Positions 61,400-64,000 of a DNA stretch of 64,000 nt are shown here, in pieces. This DNA is from Narcine bancroftii. Its lineage: Eukaryota. The stretch is from assembly GCF_036971445.1 (NCBI RefSeq), contig NC_091473.1, forward strand, positions 250,976,001 to 251,040,000, given 5' to 3'. The number at the start of each line of letters is the position of its first letter. Positions within the stretch are counted from its first letter, which is position 1. The notes below the pieces were generated by a model. That model saw only the letters and a list, made by a program, of their open reading frames with translations, was not told where the DNA came from and did not search any database. The position numbers and the translations under genes are program-made.

Positions 61400-62934
61400 T
61401 CACTCGCAAGTGCAATAAGTAAGTGCAACACAAAGCCAATTATTTTCCTGGGAATTTCATATTGTATTTTGGCTTAAATTGTTGTTTATATTTCAGCATT
61501 ATTGTGTTGAAAATTTAATTTCACATATGCATCAAAACTTGTACATTAATTTCTTGTTCAAAAACACTAAAAATTAATACATAGTGATTTTTTTTTAATG
61601 TTTTCCACACCACCCCCCCCCCCCAACAGCCCAATACAAAAGTAAAAAAGGAAGATAAAGAGAACATCTGGATATTATTTAATTTAAAAATTACTAAAAC
61701 AATCAAATAAAATCTAACACACCTTAATTTTAACAGTCAGTAGATTCAGGTTGGATGATTACAACCTAATTCCTACAGTTTGAAAATATGGTTTCCAAAT
61801 CTTTTGAAAAACTTCAAATTTATTGTGTGAAATAGATGTAATCTTTTCAAGTGGTAAACAACTCCCTATTTCAGTCCGGCCATCTACTTATTCCCAAATA
61901 CACATCAGACTTCCAAGTTACTGCCACACATTTTCTAGCTATCACACAGGCTTTTTTAATAATTTTTTTAATATTTATTCAATTTCCATTCAATGTCAAA
62001 AATATTGACATTGAGGAAACAACTTCTGTAACTCTTTCCAGCTTTATCTTTTAAATAAATTTACTGGTTTGGCAGCTGCAATAACTCTGCAAGTTGTGGC
62101 CTGGGAAACCGAGACCTGCCTGCTTTAACAATCTTTGCTTAAAGCAGATTGGACTTGTCTGGGCAGCTGCTGAATGAGTTTTGTGTGTCCACTGCCAGTT
62201 GCAACATTTCAGGGATTTTGTTCATCATCATTAACCAGAGAAATGCTGGCTAGAAGAAAGAAAGAAACTGGCTGGTCTTGCAGCACATGACAATGGCATT
62301 ATGAAAGAAAATTAATGGAGAAAGACAGATAGCACGTGACACTGAATTCGTAAACATCACAAGAATTTGCATTGTTTGCTCGATCCATCTATTCAGATAA
62401 TGGAGTGACATGTGCCACAAAGCATTTCACCTGAGTGACACATGGCATCAAGTATTCAATCCGATCGATACAAGAGTGCTCAAAGGAGGTGCTTAACTAT
62501 GATTCCAGGAATGAAAGGATTATCATACAAGGAATGTTTGACAGCTTTTTATCTGTACTCCTTGGGATTTAAGAGAATGGTGGTGGTTGGCGGGGGTGGG
62601 GAAAATCTCATTGAAATAGTTCAAATGTTGAAAGGCATGGACAGGGTAGGGAGATGTAGAAAGGTTGCTTCCCACGGACGAAGAGTCTAGGCACAACAGG
62701 ATTGAAGGATGTCCATTTGGAACAGAACGTGGTGTATCTATGGGTGCATTTAAGGGAGCAATTAGATTAGCCAGGGCATCAAAGGTTATAGGGAGAAGGC
62801 CGGTCGTTGCGGATGAGTGGGAAATGGATCAGCTCATGATTAAATGGCAGGGCACACTTGATGGGCTAAATAGCCTATTTCTGTTCCTGTCTTATGACAT
62901 CACTAGTCATTGTATTACTTTCTTGACCCATCTA

Positions 62935-63069
<135 letters not shown>

Positions 63070-64000
63070 TTAATTGCTTTTCAGTGTTTAGGTAGTTAAG
63101 CTAATAACACACATGCCCAATCCAGAAACACGTTCAAAACGTACCGAGCAGCTATGAAGTGAAGGGTCATTACTGAACTGCAGCAGGAATCTGTAGCCAA
63201 GCCCATCACTCCTTCCTTTCCTCATTATCTGGTGTCCACTGCTGCATTATTTTGTCATTTTCTTACACAGCTGTAAAAGGTGTAATCTGGCTAGTCAGGT
63301 TTTTCCCCCCCTCATTAATCTGTTGCTCAGAAGACTCTGGAATGTGAAACACTACTCCACATGGGATAAATGCAAAGAAAATTACAGCACAGAATACAAC
63401 CACACACAGAAGAGGCCTTTTGGCCCACAATGTTGTGCTGACTGATGTAAACCTATTCCACAACAATCTAATTCCCACCTCGGATCCATAACGCTCTATT
63501 TTCTTTATGTTCATGTACCTGTCTAAATCGTCCCTGTGGTACCAGCGTCCCACCACCCCCAGCAAAGCATTCCAACACCCACTACTCTGTGTTTAAAAAA
63601 AACCTCTGATATCTCCTCCAAAATTTCCTCCACTCACCTTCAACAATGTCCTCTGGTATTTGCCATTGTCACCCTGAGGAAAAAGTACTGGCTATCCACA
63701 CTATGTCTCTCAGAAGACAGAAGCCCTACTGTAAGTCAACCTTGCTTCACAAGTCTTGTTCTCCATTCCAGACAACGTCCTGGTAAATCTCCTCTGCACC
63801 TTCTCGAGATCATTCCTGCTCTGAGACAGCTAGAACTGAACGCAATTCTCCAAGTATGGTCTAACCAGGGTTTTATAAAGCTGCATCATTACCTCTCACA
63901 GCTCTTGAAATCAATCCCTCAGTGAATGAAGGCCAGCACTTGCAGGCTTTCATCTTCCAAGGACATTGAAACAAAATCAAGGACCAGCAAACTGAATTAT

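Overview
Repeat-rich vertebrate genomic DNA. The repeat repertoire (HE1-like SINEs, CR1, L1, RTE, Rex1, Penelope, Gypsy) suggests a cartilaginous fish, probably a ray; this is inference. Reading splice sites and phases by hand gives three genes, mostly invisible in the ORF track. (A) The 3' half of an inhibitory receptor on +: S/T stalk 1246-1351, TM 2718-2836, tail exons 9974-10020 and 12368-12523 with two ITIMs. (B) A complete probable paralogue on +, with two CD300/pIgR-type Ig-V domains: leader 31876-31915, Ig 34506-34814 and 35143-35436, stalk 38596-38632, TM 41093-41206. Its cytoplasmic tail stops after about 12 residues and has no signalling motif. (C) The last three coding exons of AHCYL1/2 (IRBIT) on -, tail-to-tail with the receptor pair. 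Between A and B is a three-level nest: an old L1, then an RTE, then a 2.87-kb ORF1-only HAL1-like element with a perfect 18-bp TSD and an endonuclease relic decayed largely by sense-strand C-to-T change. Also present are solo LTRs with TSDs, MITEs and a 50-bp G-rich minisatellite. Exon calls rest on splice signals, phase matching and motifs only; no transcript data or searches were available.
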